64,000 bases of DNA from Paraspadella gotoi (taxonomy: Eukaryota > Animalia > Chaetognatha): assembly GCA_051294375.1 (NCBI GenBank), contig CM119264.1:9298764-9362763 (forward strand), in the 5' to 3' direction. Positions within the stretch are counted from its first letter, which is position 1, and every line of letters starts with the position of its first letter. The position numbers and the translations under genes were made by a program. The notes under the pieces were generated by a model, which made no database searches, was not told where the DNA came from, and saw only the letters and a program-made list of their open reading frames with translations. Positions 21,745 to 34,898 of the stretch are shown here, one piece after another.

Positions 21745-24041
21745 TGGATAACTGATTCAGATTCCATGGAAGGACATTGTTGATTGTGATTGAGCGGATT
21801 ATAATTATAATTTCTTCAATAGAGTTTGATTTAGTTTTTTCTTTCTAATTATGATGTATTTTCTGTTTTAATTTGAAAAAGCTTCAAGGCGTCGTTAATT
21901 AATCAGCAGTTTATAAAGAAAAATAAATATTAATAACGCTTCTCTATCTTTCGCTCAAAGTAATACTACATGAAATATGTTCCTGGAAAGGGAAGCGAAC
22001 AGACGCGTCGAACCGCATGAGGTCGCGCGAGTGATTACGAAAACAAACAAAACAATTCCCGGAGAGTACATGAAAAAAAATAACAACTAAACACACCCTC
22101 CTAAAAAAAAAAAGTACAAACGTTTGAAAGGCGCGGAAGGCTAATGCTTTTTTTTTTTACTCTTTATTCATTTTCTGTTTTGTTTTTTTTCACTTATTCG
22201 CTCCACCGCCCGCCCTTTCCTTTACTCCACTTTCACTTTGATGAAAAATAAGATACAAAAGACCCCTCGACACGAACCCCTTATTACATTCGAACAAATT
22301 GCCCTTTTTTCAATTTTCCTTTTTAAAAGTTGGGGAGGAACCGACAAGATAAATTACGCGGATTTTTCAGGCGATGCCTCAATTAAAATATAAAAAAAAG
22401 GCCTGCACTCTCTCACTCTCTCGCTCTCTCTCTCTCTCTCTTTTCACTCCCTATGGCCTATCAGTCCCAAAAAAGTCTGGAGGAAAATTAACCTGGCCCG
22501 GTTGATATTCGAAGTCACGGAAAGCGGGGAGCCTCGGAGTTCTAACGCCCGTTCCCTGACAGGGAAAATCAATCACAGTGAGAAGGAGGCGGGGAGAAGG
22601 GAAAAACAACGTCGACGACGACGACAACGACGACGAGTAGTCGTCCAGCCATTGGACGGAGAGAGAGCAATGTTGACACTTGACGGTTATGTTAGTAGAG
22701 AATATTAAGAACGAAAATGATAGGGGCGGATTGTTTAATTATAAACACCTTGCATAAACGACGACAACAACGAATGCAAAGGAAAAGGATGATGCAAGAC
22801 ATTAATATTTATTGATTAATTATTATTATTAATATTAAGACGACGAAAACGACGACGACGACGACGACGACGACGATCCCCACACCAACGCCTCACCTCT
22901 GACTGGCCCGGACCGATCGGTTGCCCATCGAGCGTCCCCCGTTTTCCAAAAAAACGAAACCTTTCTTCGCATCTAAACTTTGATCGGATCGACGGGGAGG
23001 AAGAGTCGGCTAGAGGGAGGAAAGGAGGAAGGAAAGGAGGAAAGGAAAGAAAAAAGAGATTTTTGAGGATAAAAGAAAAGGAGAAGTAATAGGAAAATCA
23101 GAAAGGAAGGGAAAGAAGGATTGTGAATGGCAATGGGATTGAAGAAAAGTAAGGAAAGTAGGAACAACACGTTTCTTTACCCCAATCAAAAAGTAGCGCC
23201 GAACGCGCGGTCACTCCATTTTCGATCCCCGATCACAAAATTCGATATTTTGTAAATTTACCAAAAACTTTAGTTTAACAAAAAAAATTTTGAGTGACTT
23301 TTTAAAAAAATTAAAGAAATAATCTTTCTTCTCTTCTGAGACGGGGAAAAAAACGGTAGAAGCTTTTTCGAAAATGAAATTTTAAACTTTAATCTTATTC
23401 ATTTTTTTTTCTGGGGGAGAATAATAACCCTCGTCGCTAATAATAATAGGCTTACGGCCGTCAGAGAAAATGAAGCAACTTGCTGTTGCGTACTATAACG
23501 AGCTTAATCATTAACGCTTAATTTCCTAACGTAAACCAGCAATATTCCGCCATGTTAGATTTTTAACGGTTGGGGATTTGGCAATAAATGGGGAAAAAAC
23601 TCTCCCTCCCGTTGGCACCTGAAAAATATTTTGCCAATAAACATTCGCATTGAGGATGTTTTGGATTTTTAACTTTATCCGGGAAAGAGTAAATAAAAAA
23701 AAAAAAATTATGGATTCAAATTGGTCTTTTTTCCAATCGGCCGGGACGTTTGTACGTCGACGAAAACGCCGTTGTGATCTGAGGATCGCCTCTCTTCGCC
23801 AAAATAGTATGCAACGACGTTAACATCACATCGTTAACTTTTTTTTGGGTTCACGTAGGGTGAGTCTAAATACGGGGTGAGGCACTCACGTGGGTTATGT
23901 TTATGTCGAGAGAAAGAGTCTTTCTCTTTTTAGCAAGTTACATCCGGGCGGGACTCATCCCCGATATCACTATCTCCGCTATTCCGCGTGAAAGATCACG
24001 TGAGTCGGAGGCGGAACCATAACTCACATCGAAGGCCCGAA

Positions 24042-24043
<2 letters not shown>

Positions 24044-24126
<83 letters not shown>
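24044..24126. repeat. (GA)n microsatellite
   Basis: Direct reading of the sequence. Confidence 0.95.
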
Positions 24127-24128
<2 letters not shown>

Positions 24129-24808
24129 CTACTTTTTCTTCATCTCTTCTTCGCTTATCTCTCTCTCTCCCTCTCTCTCTCTTTTTACCTTATTTTCTAT
24201 TTTTCTTCCTCCCGCGAATGAACCAATTTATCAGAAGGAAAAATAAGAGAGAGAGGACAAAAGGAAGAGGAAGAGAATTATGACTTTCGAAATTCGAAAT
24301 GAATATTGGGAAATGGTCTGGGAATAATCGAGAAAGAAGAAGAGTTAAGATTATATAAAAAAATTGCAAGTCTTCATTCAGATATCGAATGGAGGAAATA
24401 TTATATTATCATCCGATAGGAAAAAGAAGGTTCAATTTAGGGGGAACATGATGGCAAAGACCTCTCTGGAGTTCACAAACTGTGGATTTAAAAAAAAAAA
24501 ACGTACATAGTTCTTGATATTGAAATTAGGCTATTTAAACAATGCCTAATTATAGATAACAATTAACATTATTGATGGTTGTTGAATGTTGGTAGTAATG
24601 TGTTAGGTTTTCGTTAATATCTGGTTGATGAAGTTTCTCAAATTATTTTCTTTGTTGATGTTGGTAAACCTGAGACAAAATGAAACATTTTTTAATCAGC
24701 AGAAAAAAAAACAAGGTTGGGAGAAACAGAGGAAGAGATGGATGATATATCAAAACAAAAACAAAACTAAATCCTGACCTTCGCTTTCCCTTTTGTTTTG
24801 TTCTTCAG

Positions 24809-25550
24809 GCACTAGAGGCGCTGGGGTGGAAATGCCGGCCTCGTCACCGCCCTGGCCGCCGCCATCAGCGTCGGCGTCGCGCGGGCGCCATCCGACGCCG
24901 GCTTTGTCCCGACGTCGTTGTCTCGCCGCCATGGCGTCCCTGCTCCACGCGAATTGCAATTGCGCGTCGTCGTTGGACTATAAACTATTGACGTCGCCGG
25001 AGTATGGCGACGAAGATGTTGACGGCGCCAAATACAAAATCGCTGACGACGACGAGGTCGTTTCTATCTTTGACACGGACGTCGAGGCGGCGCCACTGGT
25101 CGATCCCTTCGCCGGAGGAAATGATCGTCCCGACTCCGTCTCCTCTTCGTCGTCGTCGTCGTCGTCGTCGTCGACTTCGTCTTCCTCTTCCTCTTCCTCC
25201 GCGTTTCCCAAAACTCCTTCAAATCCCGAATCGGAATTCGCTTCGATCCGAACCACGAATCTCGATCGCTCCGGACCGCTCGTCGGAAAATCCATCGTCG
25301 ACGTGGCTTCCAACACTTTTCCCGAATCTTTTCCTCATCCCTCTTCCCCTCGCCTCACCAAACCCGCCATCCCCCAACGCCCCGCCGAAACGTCGTCCTC
25401 TCAGCCGTCCTCCGCCAAACCAGTCGTGTCTCCCTCCTCCGAACGCCGTCCCCCGGTTCGATCTTCCTGCTTCGTCCTCCTCCAACTCCTCGTCAACTAC
25501 CTCTCCTGCTCCGCCGCTTGGGACGGCGCGAGACCTCGGGATATGGAGAG
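24809..25550 (+). CDS. GC-rich coding exon with a partial GDNF/GAS1-type Cys motif and a Ser/Pro-rich linker
   Basis: Acceptor ttcttcag and donor AG|gtgagg. RRRCLAAMASLLHANCNC resembles the C..A...L....CxC part of GFR-alpha domains. A possible 1-nt frameshift lies near 24906. Confidence 0.6.
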
Positions 25551-25762
25551 GTGAGGAAGGCGTAGATTGTGAAGGGGAAAGAGGGAAAAGATGGAGGGAT
25601 AATGTTTATGAACAAGTTAGTTAATTTGCGCGGGAAAAACATTTTAAGAATATACGTAATAGTAATTTGATCATATAGTATTTGTCGCGTATAATGGAGC
25701 TGCTAAACCGGGTCATGTTGTTTTCTTCAAGAAATAGAAACGAAAAACAAAAAGAGAGAAAA

Positions 25763-25858
<96 letters not shown>

Positions 25859-25862
25859 AGGA

Positions 25863-25920
<58 letters not shown>

Positions 25921-25930
25921 CATAGATAGA
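25763..25930. repeat. Compound (GAAA)n-(GATA)n microsatellite
   Basis: Direct reading of the sequence. Confidence 0.95.
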
Positions 25931-26220
25931 TTCATAAAAAAAAATTGCGAGCGATTTTCAGATTATTAAGTTTGGCTTTTGGACTGAGGCATCATTAAAC
26001 GAAAATTAATATGTTTAGCGCTCACCCACGCCCGTTTTTTCCCCCGCCTTCTTGTGGATAAAAAAACGAGACAAAGGAAAATTAAAAAAGTAAAAAACTG
26101 GGAAGGACAAAAGGGAAGGCCAAAGGAGACTGAGAATAATGAAGGGAAAAAGGAAGAGGAGGAGAGAAAAATGAATTAAAACGTTAAAGAAATCATTCAT
26201 CATATTTAGAGTGGAAAGCA

Positions 26221-26270
<50 letters not shown>

Positions 26271-26643
26271 GAGAAATATTCATAATTGTAGGCAAGTGTT
26301 AAGAAAATAAGCGTTTTAATTGAAAACTTAAATTTTTCGTCTTAAAAAAGAAGAAAGCGAGAATTAGAGAAAGAAGGAGAGAAAGAGAAAAAAGAGTGAC
26401 GCAGATTTTTTTCAGATCCTGGGAAACGACAGAGACGGATTGACTCGGTGTCTCGCTCTCTCTCTCTTCCAGATTCTCGCCTCCGGCTCCTTTGTCATCT
26501 TCCATCGATTTCGACGATTTTTGGGTTGAAATCAAAAGAAGAAGAGGAAGAAGACATCAGCGGCGAGGATGGAGACCAGGTGAGAGATCAGAGACCAGAC
26601 TGGGCTTAGGTGAGAGATCGACCCCAATGTGAGGGGGAATTAA

Positions 26644-26950
26644 GATGTCAACAGCGATGTTGGGATCAAGCAAGGGAGAAAAGAAATGTCAACAGGGATG
26701 TTGAAATCAGGCAAGAAAGAAATGAGATATCAACAGCGATGTTGAAATCATGCAAGAAAGAAATGAGATATCAACAGGGATGTTGAAATCAGGCAAGAAA
26801 GAAATGAGATGTCAATAGCGATGTTGGGATCAGGCAAGAGAAAAATGAGATATCAACAGGGATGTTGAAATCAGGCAAGAAAGAAATGAGATGTCAACAG
26901 CGATGTTGGGATCAGGCAAGGGAGAAATGAGATATCAACAGGGATGTTGA
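26644..26950. repeat. 41-bp minisatellite, ~7.5 copies, with an internal palindrome
   Basis: Unit gatatcaacagggatgttgaaatcaggcaagaaagaaatga, exact 41-bp period (26644...26931). Confidence 0.95.
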
Positions 26951-27095
26951 GATGTCAATTGTGACGAGCAATGGTGAGAAACGAGAGGTTGAGATCAGAT
27001 AAGAGATCAACAGCGACATCGGATAAACGTTCCATACTCATTACTCAACACCAAAAAAACTAAACAGAAGCAATAGGCTCGAAAGTTCGGGATCC

Positions 27096-27154
<59 letters not shown>

Positions 27155-27793
27155 ATGCCTCCCTCCGCCTGGTTTCAGTACGACAGGCCGTGAGAGTCTC
27201 TGAAATATTGATGAGCAGCGAGGGCTCCTCCGCGCTTCGCCGCCTGATAAAAAATCCCACGCCGAAAAACAATCCCTTTTACGACTCAGAGTCTCAGACT
27301 TTGTTAACGTTCCAGCCACTCCCCTGCTTGCCCCCCCCTTTTTGAATCCACTCCATTCTCTGCTACCAGAAACGCGGTCTCCACCGCTGTCGCCACGCCC
27401 TTGCTTTTTCCCTCCTCGCAATCGTCGTCACAATTTTTTGCGGGTTTTTTTTTTTAAAACTAAATTTCTGTTAATAATGATTTTGTCAAAATTAAATTAA
27501 TAATAACATTAATTAATATTGTGCTGATTTTACTGAGAGAAATCTATGTAAGATTTCAAGTTCAATAACCATTTCATCACAATATTTTTTTAAAACTATT
27601 GAACTAACGCAGCAAACGAAAATGTCAACGTCCGACGATAAATCATTAAAAGAGGTGCATCCATAGGATCTTCGGCCTCAGGGTTCCAATCGAGATTTAA
27701 AAGAAAAAAGTCGCTATATATTTCAGCGAATATCAGAGAAAAATCATCATAGATAACGTCTCGAAATGAAAGAGTCATGAAATAGTCATAATC

Positions 27794-27840
<47 letters not shown>

Positions 27841-27851
27841 CCCCTCACAAG

Positions 27852-28498
27852 GTGTCACCTCATACCATTCAGCCGAAGGCGTCAACATCGATTCCGATAA
27901 AAGGACGACGACGACGAGAGCGACGACTCCGCTCACGACGATGACGACGACGAAGCCTTCCTCGCCGGTAACGACGACGACGACGACGAGGCGAAATCGT
28001 AAACAAAAACCCAAACAACCGAATCGCCGGGAGAAAAGAAAAAACGAGGAGAGACAGAAAGCGTTTACTCTGAATTTCTCCGCTCCGCCGCGGAAGCCGC
28101 CGCGCACGCCGCCGCGCAGAGAGCGGCCGCGGAAGCAGCGTCAACGTCAAAGGGCCGACACGGGCGCCCCTCGAGCAGACTCAACCGTGCCACCTCTCGC
28201 CCCAAACGGGTCGTCCGATCCGCGCGCGTTTCGACTCTCAAGATACTCACTCGCCTCACCCTTTTCCCCGCCGCTCGCCCGTCGCCGTTTCGCGAACTCT
28301 GATTGGTCCGAGGGAGAACGCCGATCCGCGTCGTCGTCGTTGCTACGGCGACGGACGCTGCGTCGAACGGACGACGAGGACGACGACGAAAACGACGACG
28401 AAGACGATGACTTGATGATGAGCGACGCCGATGCGACGGGGATCAGAGACAATGGACCCGCCTATCTCCCGCCCAAGAACCTGGACTCATTCTCTTGG
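27852..28498 (+). CDS. Coding exon: Thr-rich, basic and acidic low-complexity linker, probably of the GFR/GAS1-domain gene
   Basis: Acceptor cacaag after a (TC)n tract, donor TGG|gtaagt, open frame containing ORF 27941-28522. The phase-0 end matches the exon at 34162. Confidence 0.7.
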
Positions 28499-28771
28499 GT
28501 AAGTAAATCTCTTGGGGAGTAAATGAGGAAATCTCGACGAGATTTTATTTTAATTATTTACGATTTTGTAAATAAAAGACTTTTTTAATACAAAAGTACG
28601 AGCGAAGCGAACGTTAAGCAAAACACGAGATGCAATCAATTAAAATAGTAAGAGTTGTTGTCTAAAAAACAAAAATATATTTTTATGTTATTTTTGCGAT
28701 TAAAAATTACAAAATAATAAAAAATAAATCTAAACAAAAAATCTTAAAAGCATAAAGATCGAGCCGCTTTA

Positions 28772-29002
28772 CGATAGTAACCAAATATTGATGCGATGAT
28801 AACCAAATATTGATGCGATGATAACCAAATATTGACGCGCGATGGATAACCAATAATTGATGCGATGATAACAAAATGACTGATGGTGATGATAATCAAA
28901 TGATTTGATGCGATGATAGTTCATTCATTGATATGATGATAATCATTCATTGATACGATGATAGTCATTCATTGATGCGATGATTAGTGATTCATTGACG
29001 CG
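28772..29002. repeat. ~22-bp degenerate minisatellite (gatgataaccaaatattgatgc), ~10 copies
   Basis: Direct reading of the sequence. Confidence 0.85.
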
Positions 29003-29050
29003 GCTGAATCATTCATCGTAAATAAAACAAACAATGCGTGTATGAGTGAA

Positions 29051-29112
<62 letters not shown>

Positions 29113-29129
29113 GAGAGAGGCTGGACAGT

Positions 29130-29728
29130 TTTCCCGCCAACGAAACGCATTATTAGGTCTCTCTCGTTTATATAAAGAATAATCAGAATTTTTAGAAAAA
29201 AAATCCACGAAAATCTCGGATGTAAATTTGTGATTTTGTATGAGAAAAAAGCCGGAATAAATGGCCGATAATAAAAGTTTTAGAAGAAAAAAAAGAGAAG
29301 CGAAGAAGATTCGGGAGGAGAGAGAGATGAGAAGGAGAGAGAGAAGAGAAAGAAGAGAGAGGAGAAGAGAGAGAGAGAGAGAGTTTTCCCACCAACGAGA
29401 CGCATTATTAGGTCACTCTCGTTTATATCGGATTATCCGTTGCCTCGCAACGGCGTCGTGAAATTGGGTCTATGTTGATTTTTTTTTATACACGTAACGC
29501 GTATTAGGTCATGTTCCTCGACATTGTTACTTGTTGCTCCGCAACGACCACGAAATCTAGGTTAGTAAGTTATTGTATTTTGGGATTTGTATTGAGATAA
29601 AATAATAAATGGCGATAATAAAAGTTTTTAGAAGGAAAAAAATCCACGAAAATCTCGGAATAAATGGCGATAATTAAAAGTTTTTAGAAGGAAAAAAAAA
29701 GAGAGAGAAAGAGAGAGAGAGAGAAGAG

Positions 29729-29779
<51 letters not shown>

Positions 29780-30390
29780 TAGAGAGAAAAAGATTGTTCT
29801 TTTTTTAGGAAGAAACCAGACCGAGGTCAAATTTAATATTTGCATATTTAATTAATTTATAAATAGTTATCACAACTCAAATAATATTATTTTAAAAAAA
29901 AGTTAAAAATGATTAAATATATACACTAAAAATATTTATAAATTTAATAATAGTACAATTATCAGAATAACAAAAAAAAGTAATGCTTTAATTTGACTAT
30001 ATCTCTCTTATCAACTCCTATTTTAGATATAATTTGCCAATAGTGGGCCAACCGGTCCAAAGTTGCAATAATAAATAAAAACAAAATTTTTTTTTAATAA
30101 TGTGATGCATGCAATTATATTATTCGGCGAAAGTGCTGCATAATATAATAGGTCACATTTAGCTGATTTATATGTGATAATGCATATCATTATAAGTTAT
30201 TCTTCATTTTTTTTAAAAAAATAATGAGAGAGAGAGAGAGAGAGGAGAAAGAAAGAAAAAGAAAAAACCGAATTTCTTTCCAATTATATCCCAGATATAA
30301 ATTTGGGATTTTGTATTGAAAAAAAAAGCGCGGAATAAATGGCGATAATAAAATTTGAGAAGGAAAAAAATAATCAGAATTTTTTCAAAA
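29130..30390. repeat. Locally re-duplicated degenerate segments interleaved with (GA)n
   Basis: ccaacga(a/g)acgcattattaggtc occurs twice (~29137, ~29392) and gaataaatggcgataataaaa-like segments occur four times (~29255, ~29604, ~29658, ~30333). Confidence 0.7.
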
Positions 30391-31656
30391 AACGAAACGA
30401 TCGTACAGAGTGAGAGAGACAGAAAGAGAGAGAGAAAGAGAGACAGAAAGAGAAAAAGAGAGACAAAGGAGACAGAAAGAAAGAGAAAGCTGGAAGCCAT
30501 CTGAACAGTCACTGCAGAACCTGAACTCGTTTTTTAAGGGTTCAGAAAAAGCAGCAACTGACAAATATAGGAAAAAAAATCTATATATAATTTAAAGAAA
30601 TAAAAGAAAGGCAAAAATATGTTTACAATTGTTTACAATTGGAAATTTTTCCAATTTTTTTCCAATCGCAGCTTGTAAAAGATTTAATTTATATTTGTAT
30701 TAAATTAAGATATAGCTTCTCATTAAAAAAATCCTTTGAGTTCCCATTTTTTTATTAAAAATTTAAAACAAATTTTTTGAATTTCATCTTCAATATTATA
30801 TACTGCAATATGTAAATTAGATTAAAGCATTTCTATATACTAATTTGGATATTATAAGGAGTACTTTAATCTCATTTGCATATTGCAGTAAATCATAATG
30901 AAGTGGAAATTCAAACAAAAAATACTTAAATCCAAATGTAATATGAAAATATCACAGCTATTTCAAGATGAAAAGCCATATCTAAATTTTTAACTTACTA
31001 TGATCGCATACTTTTGTAAAACTTTATCATAATTCATAATAATTTTTATTTTAAAAAAACGGTAAGTCACAGCCAAACCTATAAAAGCGTAGTAGTTTTT
31101 ATATATGAAAACAGCGTGACGGACGACGACGACGACGACGACGACTACGTCACAAAGAAGCAACCCTAAAACATTATAGAGCCATGGACCCGGCTTCGCC
31201 GGTCAAGGCTCGATAAAAAGAATGGAATGATCAAATTACTGGAACCCATGCTTGCTGAAGATGTTATTTCTCAAATTAACACTAGATTCTTTGTTATTCG
31301 TGCTTAAAGGAAATCAATAAGCGTAAAGCAAAAAAGTAATAAATCAAACGTGAAAAAATCTTTATAAAAAACGAACATATAAAAAGAAAGAAAACTGGGC
31401 AGAATCTTTTTTTCTCTCTGAGCGGCAGGACCAAAGTGTTAATCCTAGACTCCAAAGCTCCATAAAAACCTTAATGTCCGAAACGGCCTTGTAGAGAGAA
31501 AAAGAGAAAGCTACGAGAAAGCCTGAAAGGGAGCGAGAGAAAGAAAAAGAAAAAGAAAAAGAAAAAGAGAAAGAGAAAGAGAGAGAGAGAGACAGGAAGA
31601 GGAAAAGAGGAGAAGAGTTGAGGAGGAAAAATCAGAAAGTAAGAGACGAAAGGGAT

Positions 31657-31661
<5 letters not shown>

Positions 31662-31745
<84 letters not shown>
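31662..31745. repeat. (GA)n microsatellite
   Basis: Direct reading of the sequence. Confidence 0.95.
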
Positions 31746-31746
<1 letters not shown>

Positions 31747-33259
31747 CTCTCCAGACTGTGACCGGGAAGCCAAGGATCATGAAATCAGAAACCGAAAAAC
31801 ATAAATGTGCGTCTCTTCCGGGGATCGAAAGCTGAGAGAAGAAATGAGGGTGATTGTCGTCCTCGACGTCATCGTCACTTTTTTCGCTGTCGCCAACGTC
31901 GTTGTCGTCGTCGTCGTCGTCGTCCCTCTCAGTTTTATAGCGGCTGTCGCTCAGTTCTTTTTATCCTTTTTAAGTTTATTGTGCTAATATACAGTTGGCG
32001 GGTTTAGTGTTATTGTTGTTTTCGGTTCAGTAGTCAAGACTCGTTTAGAAATTGTTAAACACTTTTTTATTGTTGTTTGCTTTAGGTTGGCGTTGCCACT
32101 AATTAAGTCGTTGTCTCCCATTGTGGTCCCTTTTCACTCGCGCTTTTGAGGTCTGTGTCTACGTTTGTATTTGAGTCTGTATGTTCCTTTATTTTTCCTT
32201 TATTTTTCCTTTATTTTTCGTCTCCAGGAAAATGAAACATCTTTCTTCATTTCTTCTTCTTAGCCAGTTTGCCTTCCGGTTCTGTTTCTATTATTAATAT
32301 TTATCATTTACACAAAACTCTTTGTGAGTTTTTCTTCTCTTCTCATCTTTTACGTCCTAATTTTTTTTTTCTCTCGTCATCCTTATTTTTGCCCCGTTTT
32401 TTCTCCTTTTCTCTTCTTTTTCTTTTCTTTTCTTTTCTTTCCCGCTCATAAAGTCAACCCAATTTTTTTCAACTCGACGCTGACTTTAAAATCAACACAA
32501 ACCGAGAGGGAAGGAAGAAAAACAAAAAAACAAAAAACACGATAGACGTTCCTCTGTCCTAAGTTCTAAGTCTCTTCCTTTAAAAATTTGTTTTCAATAT
32601 TTAGTACAAAGTATGAATTTTTTGTACCATGTATTGTCTAATATTATTAATACCTATGTGATAAAACAAAAATGATAAAAATGATGAAAAATATTGATAA
32701 TTTTTTAAAATTATTAACATTTGTTCGCTCGATATCAAAAGTGAAGGCGCAAATAAAGGAAATGCAATGAAAAAAAATATTAACCCTCAAAAAAAAGGCT
32801 TGTAGAAGAAAAAAAGACGATATTTTCCATGTTTTGTTTTTTTTGACAATAATATCATTAATCTCTCACAAGAACCGAAATGTTGTTTTTATTTAAATTT
32901 ACACACATGCTATATTCATTTTTTCCCCATTCCAATTGTATTATAACTTTTTTGTTTTTATTTGTTTTAATTTCAAATATATTTTTTTTCTTTATTTTTA
33001 TGTCTCTTCTGTCAGGACATAACTTCTTTGTAGTAATTAATTTTCATTTAAGTTGTTTTTTTTTTTGGCATGATTTTTATTTACATTTTCACTTTTTATC
33101 ATTACGATCTCAGGCCTTTTTCTCTCACTACGCTTTTTTATTTAACTTTGTTTTTCTTTTTTCTTTTTCTTTCCTTTCTTCCTTTCTTTCCTTCGCTTCC
33201 ATTCCTCTTTATTCACCTTTTCAACCTTTTCGTCCTTCCAGCCGTCATCAGCATGGAAG

Positions 33260-33343
<84 letters not shown>

Positions 33344-34161
33344 CACCGGCCTCTTTCTTATTTATTCTTTTTTTTCTTCCTCATCGCTCTTTCTTTTTTC
33401 CTTTCTTTTTCTTTCCCATTCCTCTCTTATACTTTTTATCTCCTGCTTCCGTTTTTATTTTCTTTTTTTTTTTTATTTATTTTTTCATCATCTTTTTTTT
33501 TCTTCCCGCTTTTATATTTTCTTTCCTTTTTCTTTCCTTTTTCTGTAGTCCTTTTTTCCTTTCCTCCTTCTCTCTTTTCTTTCCTCCTTGTAGAGTCGTT
33601 CTTCTTCATTTTTTCCCGGATCGATTAATCCCACGCGATTCGTCTTCTCATCCTTTACTATTTCCGATTTCTAAAGCGGGCCGTCGGGGCTCTGGTGCTG
33701 GGGTTACGACCGACCAGGCGTGGCCTTGCTCTCTCGAGTTCTAGGTCGGAGCCAAACCCGCGCGCGTTTTCCTTGGTAGTGCTGCTCCACATCTCACAAA
33801 TTATATGCAGATTCTATTTTTGCATCGGCGTAATTTATATTTGGCGGTAGAGATTTTAATAAGTCTTTCTTGGTACTTATTGATAGTTATAATATTAACT
33901 ATTATAACTATTATTTCTGCTAAGAATTTAACAAAATATGTGGAAATAAAAAATTTAAAAATAATTTGAAAAAAAAAATGTAATTACAAAATTTAAAGCA
34001 TTACTTTGAGAACATTGAAAGCCGGATAACAACAACAAGAGATGCAACACCATTTTTACTGGCGTCGGCAATCATGCCCAGAAAAAAATAGAGTATAAGA
34101 GAAAAAGAACTACACGTCCACGAGAAAAAAGAAACGATTCTCTTGTCATTTTGTTCAACAG

Positions 34162-34898
34162 GAGGAGGATAACTACGATTCGTCGTCGCTCACAAAACCC
34201 GTAGTTCCCTCTGCCGTGCGCCAGGACTCAATGGCTTACAGAACAAATGACAGAGAACATTTGGAGAAAAGCTCAGGTAAGTCGTAAATCGTAAAATATG
34301 CGAAATGAAGCTTTTTAAATAAAATTGTACATTTTTAAATAATAGTTTTATTATACTCCTAGGAATTTGCCTCATTCTGTTTCAAGATTGCCGGGACAAC
34401 TTGCAATGCGTTCGTTTCTTGCAGAATTACAGAAACTTTTGCAAATGGAAGGACAGGCGATGTGTCACGGAGACAACGTGAGTATAAGTTGACGGTCAAA
34501 TTATGTTTTCAAGATAAATAAATAAACAATAAATTCGGCTAAAAACTACGACTATACTTACAGTAAACATGCGAAAGATGTATCTTTTTTCTTCTTCGAA
34601 ACAATATTTTACTTTATGAAAGATAAAACTTTCTGCTTTGGTAATTTGACTCGGTTCGTTTTTTAAGCTGCTCTTTTGATTATATTTTTGAGTCGATTGG
34701 TCCTGCCATCTACCAATTTCGAGATTAAAAAGAAAACCCTGTGCTATTTTGTTTTTAGATCCGAATGTACGACGGCCTACGTAGAATTAGCTCACACCGG
34801 GCTTTCGAGATGCCATTGCCCGGATGGCATAGCGAACACAAAAGAGAAAGAAAAGTGCTACAAGCTCCGCGCGAGGTTTATGGAAAATCCTTGCATAG
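34162..34898 (+). CDS. Three exons encoding a complete GDNF/GAS1 (GFR-alpha-type) cysteine-rich domain
   Basis: Exons 34162-34276, 34363-34477 and 34759-34898 splice in phase to ...ICLILFQDCRDNLQCVRFLQNYRNFCKWKDRRCVTETTSECTTAYVELAHTGLSRCHCPDGIANTKEKEKCYKLRARFMENPCI. This has 10 Cys, a CxC and the F..NPC ending typical of GFR-alpha domains. The gene continues downstream. Confidence 0.88.

Noticed and set aside
26644-26950. CRISPR-like array of palindromic repeats
   Set aside because: The spacers are near-identical rather than unique, there are no cas genes, and the context is a eukaryotic intron.
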